A DNA stretch of 63,631 nucleotides, the filler included, from Octopus bimaculoides (lineage: Eukaryota): assembly GCF_001194135.2 (NCBI RefSeq). It is 5 parts of 5 records of this genome, joined end to end, with 100 filler letters (N's around TTAATTAATTAA, not from the genome) between each part and the next. Parts side by side here need not be neighbours in the genome. Positions count along the whole stretch, not along the records: positions 1 to 14,332 come from NC_068992.1; positions 14,433 to 37,667 come from NC_069002.1; 3 more parts are not named here. One strand, written 5' to 3'. How positions within the stretch are numbered: the first letter of the stretch is position 1; each line of letters begins with the position of its first letter. The notes beneath the pieces are model-generated. The model saw only the letters and a list, made by a program, of their open reading frames with translations, searched no databases and was not told the DNA's origin. This document shows, piece by piece, positions 13,992 through 26,600 of this stretch. Made by a program: the position numbers and the translations under genes.

Positions 13992-14271
13992 CTGGGAAGT
14001 GTGAACGAGAAAGAAAAATGCAGGTACACATGCACATTTTTATAAACGTACACTAATATATTTCCTTGTAGCTATATAGAAGTAAGCACACACATGTACG
14101 TATATACATATAAAGGTAGATCGATAGACAGATAGATGTATATATATATATATATGTATGTATGTATATATGTATGTATGAATGTATACATATATATATG
14201 TTTGTATGTATGTATTTATGTATGTATGTATGTATGTATGTATGTATGTATCTATCTATCTATCTATCTAA

Positions 14272-14311
<40 letters not shown>

Positions 14312-14376
14312 ATATATATATATATATATATANNNNNNNNNNNNNNNNNNNNNNNNNNNNNNNNNNNNNNNNNNNN

Positions 14377-14388
14377 TTAATTAATTAA
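14377..14388. other. Assembly linker TTAATTAATTAA inside N gaps (also 37712-37723, 54441-54452, 62252-62263)
   Basis: The identical 12-mer is centred in four similar-sized N gaps; scaffolding artefact. Confidence 0.9.
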
Positions 14389-14433
14389 NNNNNNNNNNNN
14401 NNNNNNNNNNNNNNNNNNNNNNNNNNNNNNNNC

Positions 14434-14790
14434 CGATATTCAATGGTGTAGTTAAACTGGTTCAGCCACAGGGCCCATCGTGCTAGTCTGTTAGCAGCGA
14501 GAAGTGGCGTCCCTTTCCTCGGACTGAATAGTGATGTCAGTGGCTTGTGGTCAGTCACGAGTACGAATTTACGACCGTACAAATATTGGTAAAACTTCTG
14601 CAAGCCAAATATGATAGCTAGGGCTTCCTTTTGAATTTGACTGTAGTTACGCTGTGCAGAAGTGAGAGTCTTGGACATATTGGATATTGGGCGCTCGCTT
14701 CCATCAGGATAGCGGTGAAACAGGACTGCTCCAATACCAACATTTGATGCGTCTATAACAATTGCTAAGCACTTTATAGGTGCGAAACCA
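14434..14790 (-). mobile_element. Ty3/Gypsy LTR retrotransposon RNase H fragment
   Basis: IDASNVGIGAVLFHRYPDGSERPISNMSKTLTSAQRNYSQIQKEALAIIFGLQKFYQYLYGRKFVLVTDHKPL...RLARWAL; stop-free up to the gap. Confidence 0.92.
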
Positions 14791-14836
14791 ATGGTCAATC
14801 TATGCTTAGCCATAACTTTTAACTTCCTAATATATA

Positions 14837-15001
14837 GGAGTGACTGTGTGGTAAGTAGCTTGCTTACTAACCACATGGTTCCGGGTTCAATCCCACTGCG
14901 TGGCACTTTGGGCAAGTCTCTTCTACTATAGCCTCAAGCAGACCAAAGCCTTGTGAGTGGATTTGGTAGACAGAAACTGAAAGAAGCCCGTTGTATATAT
15001 G

Positions 15002-15075
<74 letters not shown>

Positions 15076-15273
15076 GCCCCCCCCCCAACATCGCTTGACA
15101 ACCGATGCTGGTGTGTTTACATCTCCGTAACTTAGCGGTTCGGCAAAAGAGACCAATAGAATATGTACTAAGCTTACAAAGAATAAGTCCTGGGGTTGAT
15201 TTGCTCAACTAAAGGTGATGCTCCAGCATGGCCGCAATCAAATGAGTGAAACAAGTAAAAGAGTAAAAGAGTA
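14837..15273 (+). mobile_element. Full-length tRNA-derived SINE family A with internal (TG)n
   Basis: Head GGAGTGACTGTGTGGTAAG...GGTTCAATCCC, internal TA/TG tract, tail AGTAAAAGAGTAAAAGAGTA. Further copies at 32439-32845 (+), 22250-22480 (-), 23160-23365 (+), 35560-35700 (-) and 37440-37660 (+). Confidence 0.85.
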
Positions 15274-15352
15274 GCCTGGTGTTGCCATCCGGTTTCACCA
15301 GTCCTCAGTCAAATCGTCCAACCCATGCTAGCATGGAAAGCGGACGTTAAAC

Positions 15353-15386
<34 letters not shown>

Positions 15387-15387
15387 C
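15274..15387 (+). mobile_element. 3' tail of repeat family B with (GAT)n tail
   Basis: CCATGCTAGCATGGAAAGCGGACGTTAAACGATGATGATG; the same tail is at 43099-43200 (-), 17250-17340 (-), 27700-27770 (+) and 38320-38355 (+). Confidence 0.75.
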
Positions 15388-15460
15388 TTTCAGTGCAAAT
15401 GGTCTTTTATACGACACCATTTTTACAATCCTGTCAATAATAATAATAGTATCTTTCCTA

Positions 15461-15723
15461 TAAGCTTAAAGCTTCTGGCGATCACCGTGGAGCGAGTAAG
15501 GAAAATAGTCTAATAAAGGGGCATATAAGCCCTTGACAGAAAAAAAGAAGGCATTCCTATCTGCGTGGGAGGTGAACCCACATCCCTTTGTTAACGTGAC
15601 TAAGTGTGTTACCTTTAAATGCAGATAGGAAAGCTTTCTTTTTTTGGTCAAGGGCTTATATGCTCCTTTATTAGACTATTTTTCTTACTCATTTCACGGT
15701 GATTGCCATAAGCTTTAAGCTTA
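15461..15723. mobile_element. MITE-like foldback, about 110-bp TIRs, TA flanks
   Basis: Begins TAAGCTTAAAGCTT and ends AAGCTTTAAGCTTA. Internal arms (AATAGTCTAATAAAGG.GCATATAAGCCCTTGAC) are complementary; TA at 15459-60 and 15724-25. Confidence 0.8.
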
Positions 15724-15924
15724 TAGAATATATGTATATATATATATATATATAATAGAAATATGTTAAAAAAACAAAATAGAAACTACCCGTGGAAATG
15801 TAAGGGGAAAGTAAGCAGAAAAATAAGAGAAAATGCACATTGGAAATCAAAAAGAAGGAAGGTAAGGCTTTTTATGAAAAGTAACGATATATATATATAC
15901 AATTAGATGAACTGAGGTAGGAAT

Positions 15925-15973
<49 letters not shown>

Positions 15974-16108
15974 CACACATATATAGTAAAAGATAGATAG
16001 ACAGAAAGACAAACAGACAGACAGATAGATACACACACACATTATGTGAAAATAACACATTTCTTAGGCAGTTGAAAATGAATACATTGGCAACGCAAAT
16101 TCACTTAC

Positions 16109-16315
16109 ATTTCCTGGATCGATGTCAATGCCATGTCTTTGCAAGATACACTGAAAATCGCTTTTTGAAATTCCATTTATAGAAGCATAATCAACTTCTT
16201 TAAAAGCAGCCAATAGTTTATCTTTATTAGCAGAAACAAACTTCTTAAGGATTTCTTCAATATTCTTGCTAGGTCTTTGGGAAACTGATTGTTTTCCAAT
16301 TGCTGTGTCATCACA
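16109..16315 (-). CDS. EF-hand gene exon H (207 nt): CDDTAIGKQSVSQRPSKNIEEILKKFVSANKDKLLAAFKEVDYASINGISKSDFQCILQRHGIDIDPGN
   Basis: Acceptor gatttttctatttttag, donor AAT|gtaagt; 69 open codons with an EF-hand pattern. The ORF track shows a different frame here. Confidence 0.88.
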
Positions 16316-19293
16316 CTAAAAATAGAAAAATCAACAAAGATACAGAAACACCAAGTTGCAAAGAGAACAAAGCATATTACACTTGTACCATCCGTCCATC
16401 TGCCTATCTGAAGTAGACACATTCAGACCAGCTTTAATTTTGGTGAGAATTTCTTTTGAAACAGTTTCCTGAGCTGATACAAAACTATCAAAACTCAGTG
16501 TATTCATATATTTTGCCAGAAATTCTCAGAGCTAGCAAGCAATGCTAGCAAAATGACAAAAACATTCTTTCACATATGCATTCAATCACACTAACACCCA
16601 TAGCTGTCTTACCAGCACTATAGCACAATGCAATATATCGCGGCCTATAGTATCCAGTATTGACAGTGAGCCACAACATATATATAGTTTAACATAGGAT
16701 CTCTAAACTTGTGGGACCTCAGACAACTGCCTGCAGTATTTATGCCTTAAGATTGTACAGTTCACATCCATGTCACATAATGGAAACATTCACACAGAAA
16801 GATATGCAATCACAAACTGATAAACACTCATATAACTTGTACAGACTCTATTAAAAATCATTGTCTTATTAACAGATACACTTTCTGTTTTCTCGTGTGT
16901 TTTTGTTCACAAGAAATATCTTGTGTATTGAACTATGACTTGTTTTAAAATTACATTCTGGCTAAGGCAATGAGCTGGTAGATATCATATAAAATGCTTA
17001 CCAGCCTTCTTTCCATCTACAGTGGTGAACTGACAGAGTTGTTAGCATGTCAGGTAAACTGCTTAGTAGCATTTTGTCTATTTATATGTTCTGAGTTCAA
17101 ATTCTGCTGAGGTCAACTTTGCCTTTCATCCTTTCAGGTTTGACAAAATAGTGCCTGTTGAGAACTGGGGTTGATATAATTGACTTAACCCCTCCTCCAA
17201 ACTTGCTGGCCTTGTGCCAAAATTTGAAACTAGTATTACATTCTGGCTTTCATCATCATCATCATTTAACATCTGTTGTTCCTGCTGGCATGGGTTGAAC
17301 AGTGTGACCAGAGCTGGCAGGCTGCACCAGACTCCAGTCTGATTTGGCATGGTTTCTACAGCTGGATGCCCTTCTCAATGCCAATAACTTTACAGAGTGT
17401 ACTGGGTGCTTTTATGTGGTGCTGTACAGGCACTTCTACATGTCGTGCACCGGTGTTTTTATGTGACACTGCACAGGTGCTTTCATGTGGCACCATCATG
17501 TATGCTTTGCACCACCAGAAGGATTGGTCATAACACTTCTGCTGTGGAGTATGGGTCTTCTTGTGTACAGCAAGGTGCCAGGTATCTCAGTCCATTGTCA
17601 TCTTGCCTGAAAAGTTCAGTGGTTAAGAAATTTGCTTTCCAGTTACATGGTTTCAGGTTCACTCCCACTGCATGGAACTTTGGGCAACTGTCTTCTCAGG
17701 TGGACCAAAGCCTTGTGAACAGAATTTATAGATGGAAATTGAAGGAAGCTTATCATGTGTGTGCATGCATGCATGAATGCATGTGTGTGTGTGTGTGTTT
17801 TGTCCTTGCCTCGACATCACATGATGATTGTAGAATGAGTGTCACCATTGTACAAGCAATATCAATTTGTTTCCAATCTTTCATGAAAACATGTCTGGCC
17901 AGAGGGAAATATTATCTTGCTTAGAAACAGATGAAGGTTGGTGACATGAAATGCAACTAGCTGAAAAACAAAATCTGTCTCAGTAAATTCTCTCTGCTCC
18001 ATGCAAGCATGGAAAAGTAGATGTTAAAATGATGATTATTCTTCATTATATGAACATTACCAACTAGTACCTTCATGCTATCATACACATTCCACTGGTG
18101 TATGAAGCATTTTCTTCTTAACATGCACATTTTGTTTATTACCTCTCTTTGTTGCCTGCCTTTGTTACCTGTCTTTTGTTGCCTGTCTTTTCCTCATTTA
18201 ATTTTCTATTCAGTTGTGATTACGTTATTTCAGTGTGTTCTGCATTCATCTGCCAACTAACTTCGTTTACTTGGGAAATCTAATTGCTTAACAAAGACCC
18301 TCAGCAAAGAGACTATGATCTGGCAACTGTATGAGTAATTCGGTTTTGTATGAAATATGAAAGTGTCACAAATAAAAACATGTTTCAAAAATTTTTTTAG
18401 GTTTGGCATCAGTGATTTTTATATGCGACACATAGAAGGAATAATGCTTACACACACAAACACACACACGCACGTGCACACAGGTAGATAGACAAACAGA
18501 TAGACATATATATATATATATATGCATACATATACAGATATATACATATATAAATACATACATGCATATATATATATACACACACACATATATACACATA
18601 CAAATATATATATAAATATATATCTATATATATACACACAAACTTATATATATATACACACATATCTTATATATATCTGTGTGTACGCATGTATATTATA
18701 TGTGTACATATATATAAGTATGTATTATGTATGTGTATACATACACACAGTCATAATGTAAACATATATCATCCTCAGAGAATTACGATTTTTATTTCAG
18801 TATGGTGCACCAGCATGACCGCAGCCACTTGGCTGAAACACATAAATAAAAAATAAAAATAAAAAATAATAATGTTTATACTTTTGCTTCATTCTTCCCC
18901 TCCCCCATCCAGGCCCATCCCTGCTGAGTGATAGGATTATCCAACATGCCACTATGTCATCGATTCTTAGTCACCACTGAAACATTTATCATTGTATTGT
19001 GATGATGACAATGATAATAATGGTTTCAAATTTTGGCACAAAGCCTGCAATTTCAAGGGAGGGGACTAGTCAATAACATCGACCACAGTTCCCCACTGGT
19101 ACTTAATTTATCGACTCGAAAAGGATGAAAGGCAAAGTTGACCTCAGCAGAATTTGAACTCAGAATGTAAAGATGGACAAAATACCGCTCAGTATTTTGC
19201 TTGGCATGCTAATGATTCTGCCAGTTCACTACCTTAATGATGATGATGGTGATGATGATGATGATGATAATAATAACAATAATAAAAATAATG

Positions 19294-19325
<32 letters not shown>

Positions 19326-22300
19326 CTTTACTACTATAGGCACAAGGCCTGAAATTTTTGGGGAGGGGGCAAATCATTTACATTGACCCCAGTGCTCAAG
19401 TAGTACTTATTTTATTGACGCCAAAAGGACGAAAGGCAAAATCAACTTTGGTGGAATGCGAACTCAGAACATAAAGCAGACAAAATACTGCTAAGCATTT
19501 TGCCCGGTGTGCTAATGATTCTGCCAGCTTGCTACCTTAATAATAATAATGGTCTCAAATTTTGCCACAAGAGCAGCCATTTTGAGGGAGGGGATGAGTC
19601 AATTACATTGACCCCAGTCTTCAACTGGTACATAATTTATCAACTAGTCAATTACATCAACCCCAGCGGTCAACTACTACTTACTTTATTGACCCCAAAA
19701 GATGAAAGGCAAAGTCGATCTCAGCAGTAGTTGAACTCAGAACATAGAGATGAACAAAATACTGCTAAACATTTTGACCAGTGTGCTAATGATTATTAAT
19801 AATAATAATAACAACAACAATATGATTGCAGAAAGGAAGGTTGAAAAAGGAGACAGAAAGTTTGTTAATAGCAGCACAAGATCAAACATTAAGGACTAAT
19901 TGGATAAAAGCCAAGATAGACTAAAATCAAATAGATTCTCAATGTAGGTTATGCAGGTCAAAAGAGGAAAGAGTTACTCATATAGTAAGTGAATGTAGCA
20001 TGCTGGCACAGAAAGAATACAAGAAAAGACATGGCAACCTACAGAGAGTAATCCATTGAGAGTTATGTAAAAAGCTAGAATTTGACCATACTGATAAATG
20101 GTATGAAGATGAACCTAGTAAAGTAATAAAGTACTAGAAAGTAAGAAATATAAGATGTTGTGGGACTTTAACATTCAGACTGACAGAGTAATAGAAGCCA
20201 GAAGGCCTGATTTAGTAGTAGTAGACAAAGAGAACAGAAAGTGCCAGGTAATTGACTTTACAGACCCAAATGATGAAAAAATCAATATGAGAGGTATAAA
20301 AAAAATAGCAAAGTACCAGGACCTAATCATTGAATTACGGAGACTATGGAAAGTGTGGGTAAAATGTATCCCAATTATTATAGGTGCATTAAGAACTATC
20401 TGTAAAAATTTGAACAGATGGATAGAGGAAATAGGCATAAAACCCAGTTTAGTACAGCTCCAGAAAACTGTTATTAGGGACAACTGAGACACTTAGGAGG
20501 ATTCTTGGCATCTAAGGTTACTTGTTGTAGCCCGGGTTTTCGGAATTTTTCTTTTCCAACAGTCTAATCTTTTGTATATATGAATAATAATAACGATGAT
20601 GAGGATGATGATGATGATGATAAAAAGGAGGAGGGGGGAGGGGGAGAGGAGAAGAAATAGCAGTCTGACCACTTTCAAATCCCAATCCCACCATCTTAAA
20701 AAACAAAGCAAAAAAGAAACAAAACAAAGGACATACAGCTATGTCATCTTAGTTATGTGCAAAGAAAACAAAAAGAAAAGGTTGATCACTGCTGGAATGC
20801 CTGATCAGGTCTGATCCAGGGCCAAACAACAAATAACTAATGAATAAACCAAAATCACATCACTATTATCTTTCAATGTCCATCTTCCATGCAAGCATGT
20901 TTACATGTTTTGACAGGATCTAATGTGACTGAGGAATGAATAATGCCTGGATCTCTCCTTTGGCATAGTTTCTATGGTTAGATGTCCTCCTGGGTCCTGT
21001 TTTATAGCACCAGTACAAGTGAGATCATCATGCAGATTGCAAGATTAAGATCCCCTTTGATGGAGATAACAGAAGAGATAAAAGTGGCTTTATGCTTGGA
21101 AATGAGAGATTAAAGGGGCCAGAACAAAACATACTTCTTGCTGTAGAGGAGTTACATGGTTACCCTGTTATACAAGAGGGTAGGATTAACCAGGGTGACG
21201 CTGGAAAAGAGATAAAAATAGTGGTGAAGTGTCAAGGTGAACCCCCAAAGTACAAGAAGTCAAATATAAGTAAGTGGGGACAAAAAACAGAGAGTGGTGG
21301 CAGGTAGAGTTTGCAAGAATATATGAGGAAAGAGGGGGTATAATTAGAGATGGGGAATTGGTGAGGGGGTGAATAAAAAAAAGGACACATTGGTTAATGT
21401 AGTCATGGGTATACAAAAAGGTAGGATGGTCATGGCTGGAATATCTTTTGACTGTTTGTAGTTTGTTCAGGGCAGACCTGGGTGAAACAACACCATCACC
21501 AATGGCAACAATTGATTTACTTACCACAGTTTTTTTTCTTTTCTCCTTGGGGCTTTGAGCTAAAGCAGTATCAGATTCCTGTGAAAGGGGAAAAAAATCA
21601 ACAAGGGGTCAATAAAATTTTAGAAAATGAAGAAAACTTCTATAATAATAAAAGCAAAATTCTGTCTGTCCGTCTGGGACTCCTGCATCTCAGTCTACAT
21701 TTGCTCTACATGGACATATTATACCTTTTTGGAATCAGAATGATACCGGGATTGAAAATTTTCCCTTCATTTGGTTCTTGAACATCCAGCATCAGGATCT
21801 GATTTAAAAGCATTTGAGTTGCTATTTCTAATAGGTAAAGCTTGGCTGATTCATGCCATCTTGGTTGGTGCTTGCCAGAAGATGTCAAAGATCAAGGGGG
21901 AGATAAATGACATTTGCTTCATTAATTTTATGTTGAAATAAGAACTTTGGGAGAAATTGGCCAACAGTTGGGATTCAACTTGGGGAACAATAGAATGATT
22001 GCATTACAAAACTGATTCTCATCAGTCCTTAACCTCAGATCAAACACCACCGGAGTATATAGTCACTATTGATGTATTATAGTTATGCTATTTAACTGCC
22101 TTTAGTTTTGGGCTACAGGCCAAATTAACCCTCCACAGGAACTAGCTTAAAAATCTGCACAGAGTGTGGCTTTTAAGCAAGTTGAAAATAAAATGAAGTT
22201 CAGTTAAATAAGTAATAATCGCTAATTTCTATTCTTTTCTTATTTCTACTCTTTTATCTCTTTTCTTTTACTTGTTTTAGTCATTTAACTGCGGCCATGC

Positions 22301-23594
22301 TGGTGCACCACCTTGAAGTGTTTTAGTCAAAGAAATCGACCTCAGGACTTTTTTAAGCCTAGTACTTATTCTATTGGTCTCTTTTGCCAAACCACTAAGT
22401 TATGGGGATGTGAAGAAACCAACGCTAGTTGTCAAGCAGTGGAGACAAATGCAGACACAAAGACATACACACACACACACATATATATATATATACATNN
22501 NNNNNNNNNNNNNNNNNNNNNNNNNNNNNNNNNNNNNNNNNNNNNNNNNNNNNNNNNNNNNNNNNNNNNNNNNNNNNNNNNNNNNNNNNNNNNNNNNNNN
22601 NNNNNNNNNNNNNNNNNNNNNNNNNNNNNNNNNNNNNNNNNNNNNNNNNNNNNNNNNNNNNNNNNNNNNNNNNNNNNNNNNNNNNNNNNNNNNNNNNNNN
22701 NNNNNNNNNNNNNNNNNNNNNNNNNNNNNNNNNNNNNNNNNNNNNNNNNNNNNNNNNNNNNNNNNNNNNNNNNNNNNNNNNNNNNNNNNNNNNNNNNNNN
22801 NNNNNNNNNNNNNNNNNNNNNNNNNNNNNNNNNNNNNNNNNNNNNNNNNNNNNNNNNNNNNNNNNNTCGAAACGTTAAAGACTTTTTCACTTCCCAAGTG
22901 TTATACTAATACATCTGACTGTTTCCTACACCACCTGTCTTCGTCTTTTGTTTTTTTGTGAATTCTTTGTGAATTCTCCCTGTTTTAGCTGCAGAATGGA
23001 TAAAAATTCCTTTGGAAACAATTCAAACTTTGTACGAGTCCATACCTCATAGAATTCAAGCTGTAATTACTGCCAAAGGTGGTTCTACCCCATATTAAGA
23101 TAAATTTGCTTGAAATTTTAAGGTGTTTCCATTATTTTGTCCAAATCCTGTATGTATGTGTCTGTCCCCCTGCCATTGGTTGACAACTGATGCTGGTGTG
23201 TTTATGTACCTGTAACTTAGCAGTTCAGCAAAAGAGACTGATAAAATAAGTACTAGGCTTACAAAGAATAAGTCCTGGGGTCAATTTCTTTGACCAAAAC
23301 CCTTTAAGGCAGTGCTCCAGCATGGCTGCAGTCAACTGACTGAAACAAGTAAAAGGATAAAAGAATATACACACCAACACACATAGATACATGCATCCTT
23401 CCACTTTTGTTGTGTTACATTAGGTCCAACCACATTGGACATGTTACATTGTGTTAATTAGAGGATTTGAACAACACTGAGCCATTATTGATCCATCATT
23501 GATTCATTATTATGTCTTCCAAAGCTAATAATGCCTGGGGCTTTCTGCTCCTTACAGGAATACTATAGCCATTAAGAGTTTACAAATGCCATTA

Positions 23595-23630
<36 letters not shown>

Positions 23631-26600
23631 ACCTAAGCTTACCGTCAGTTCGTTTTCTTTAAAAGCTGCCAGAAATTTCTCCAAAGTAATAAAATTTGTG
23701 TGTTCTTTATCCATCTTCAATACAATCTGATTGAGCTCATAGTCATTTATGTTCTTTATAAGGCCAATCATCACAAACCGTATGTCCATTCTCGTTAACC
23801 ATCCTCGTTGGTGCTGAAAACACAACAATATGAAAGGAGACAATTTATTACAAAGATTATGTGCTGGTGGCATGTAAAAAGCACCATTCAAGTGTGGTCG
23901 ATGCCAGTGCTGCTTGACTGGCTCCCATACCGATGGCATGTAAAAAGCACCATTCGAGTGTGGTCGATGCCAGTGCCGCTTCACTGGCTCCCATACCGAT
24001 GTCACGTGAAAAGCATCCACAAGGGCATCAGCTGTAGAAACCTTGCCAGATCAGATTGGAACCTGGAGTAGCAATTTCAAAAGAAGTGTGCAAGTTTTCC
24101 CAACAAAGGGATTCTAGAATCTTCTGGGTCAACAGTTATTTAAAAGCAAACTCATTCAACTTAGAGCTATTACATCCCAATGTTTCAGGTAGTTCACAGT
24201 ATGAGTTGGTAACCCTTTTTTAGACCCATAAATCGACAGCGAAGGTCTATGATCTATTTGCAATAATAAACTTCTGTTATGCAGAAACCTGTGAAATTTT
24301 TTAACTGCAAAACTAATTGCTAGGGCCTCCTTTTCAATTTGACTATATCTCTTCTCTGCTGCCATTAGCAAGCTCGAAACATGAACCACTGGTTTTTTGT
24401 ATTTCTGTCTTCATATTTATGAAATGGAATTGTACCTAATCTATGCACAGAAGCATCAGACACTACAATGACGTCCATTTCAGGATCATAATGTGTTAAT
24501 GACAAGTCTGAGATTAGAATTTTTTTTTATTTCTTCAGAAGTGTTCTGGCATTTTGTGGACCAATTCCACTTTACTCCTTTTTTTAATAAGTTGTTCAAT
24601 GGAGCTCTTAACTTGTGCATATTAGGAATGTAGTTGATTTTGCCTCTCATCCTTTCGGGGTCAACAAAATAAGTATCAATTGAGCACTGGGGTTGGCAAT
24701 AAAATAAGTACATCAAAAAAATATCAGGCCCCAATCTGTGTTATGGTTGTGGAGGCCTACATTACAAAAAGGATTGTCCATTTAAAAACAAAAAGTGCTC
24801 TAGTTGTCAGAAGCTGGAACACAGGAGTTTTTATTGTAGAGCAGGACAACANNNNNNNNNNGAGTTTTTATTGTAGAGCAAGACAACAAAGCCCAAATAC
24901 AAAAAATTCTAAGGTGTTTTCAGTGGAGAGTGATTGCGATGGAAAAACAAGAAAATTTGTGCATGTAAAAATAAATGTGAGTACCAAATTACAGTTAGAC
25001 ACAGGTAGTGACATCTCGATTATAAATGCAGATACTTGGAAAAAATTTTATATGATATGGTTTCAAATTTTGGCACAAGGCCAGCAATTTCATGAGATGG
25101 GATAAGTTAATACCTACCGTATCAAGTTCTGAAAAGGCGTTTTCTAAAGAGCCATGTTTATATAACATGTTTTGCTTCAAATGATAGAACATAGATTTTA
25201 TATCAATATCCGAAGATGAACACTTCAATGGAATAATAGCTCTGCAATTGTAGAAAGAGTTTATGGAAGTAAGTCAAAAATCTAAAGACTAATACAGAAT
25301 AAGAGTAAAAACAAAAACTTACAACTTTTTATGATAAATTCAGATGGAAGTTTGTTCTCAGTCACCAATACTGTGCTCTAATTCTAGCCAAGATCAACTA
25401 ATTATAAAATAAGATTCCATGAGTGAGACCTACAGGTGTGAGCAGTAGGAGCACTGTACCACTGATGGCTTTTCATTGAAATGGAGCACTGAGCCAGTTG
25501 TTATGATGGAAGGGTAGCAAAAGTGTATCAAAGTAAAGTTTAGGAAGCAAAAAACTTGGAGAATAGAGATTGGTATCTGAAGGGCATCAGGAAAGAAGAG
25601 AAATGTCTAATATTTCAAGTAGGTACCTTAATAGATCAGTTTATTTCATTCAGGATCAACTATTGAATAGAATTTTTTTTTTAAATTGAAACTGCATTGA
25701 ATAAATAGAGACAAGGCTGTTTTGTCAAGAGGATTTGTTTCCCAACCACATGGTCCCAAGTTCAATCTTACATCATAGCACATTAGGTAAGATGCCATAC
25801 AATAAGATTCACTCTGTCTGAAACTCTTCTACCATAAATTCAAGTTGACCAATATCTTGTGAATGGAATTTAGTAGATGAAAACTGTACAGATGAGCTTG
25901 GAAACTCCCCAGTGGTGGCATTGCCAAGTTAAGAATTTTTGTAAGTTATCCATATTTCCAGGGCCAAAAGTTTTGTGGAACAGACCAGCCAGTTGATTCT
26001 TGCCAGCAGCCAGAATTTTCCTGAGAATGTTGTCGCTCTACTTTACAAGTAGTCTCCTATAGATTACTAACATGGAAGTTCTATTGGCAGCACAGCCTGA
26101 CTAGCAGAACGCTGTGAACATCTGACAACATTAAAATGTCAGGCCCCCAAGTTTTGGCCTTTGTTTGATCCAGAAGAGCAGCTCCATCCCAAAATATTTG
26201 CAGATGCTGCAGTCTCAGAGCATGTCTGCACATCATCGATCATGATACACCTAGCCCTTCTCACAGACTGTACTGACAGCAGATATAAAACCTGAGCCAG
26301 TAGAATGTGACCCTTCTTGTAGAAGGGTCACATACTACTGGCAGACACTAATTGGATTGGATGAAAAACTAAGGTAAAACACAATGGTCAGGCAGTGATA
26401 TATAATGGAGACAAATTATGTATTCATCAACCTGACCTTTCAGGGATTAGTCTCCTCTCAGCCCAAGTCATATCCACCTGAAGGTTAGAACCAAATCAGA
26501 TCCCAAGCAAGATAGCTTGTCAGTACAGCACCCCAAGATGCTGGGGTGATATGCACTTGCTTCTCCAGGTACCAAGCTGCAAGTCTACCAACTTGCTCAG

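Noticed and set aside
21725-21798. Possible 74-nt EF-gene exon (ILMLDVQEPNEGKIFNPGIILIPK)
   Set aside because: It ends in phase 2, but the next exon (21578) is open only in phase 0. Exons F and G already join in frame.
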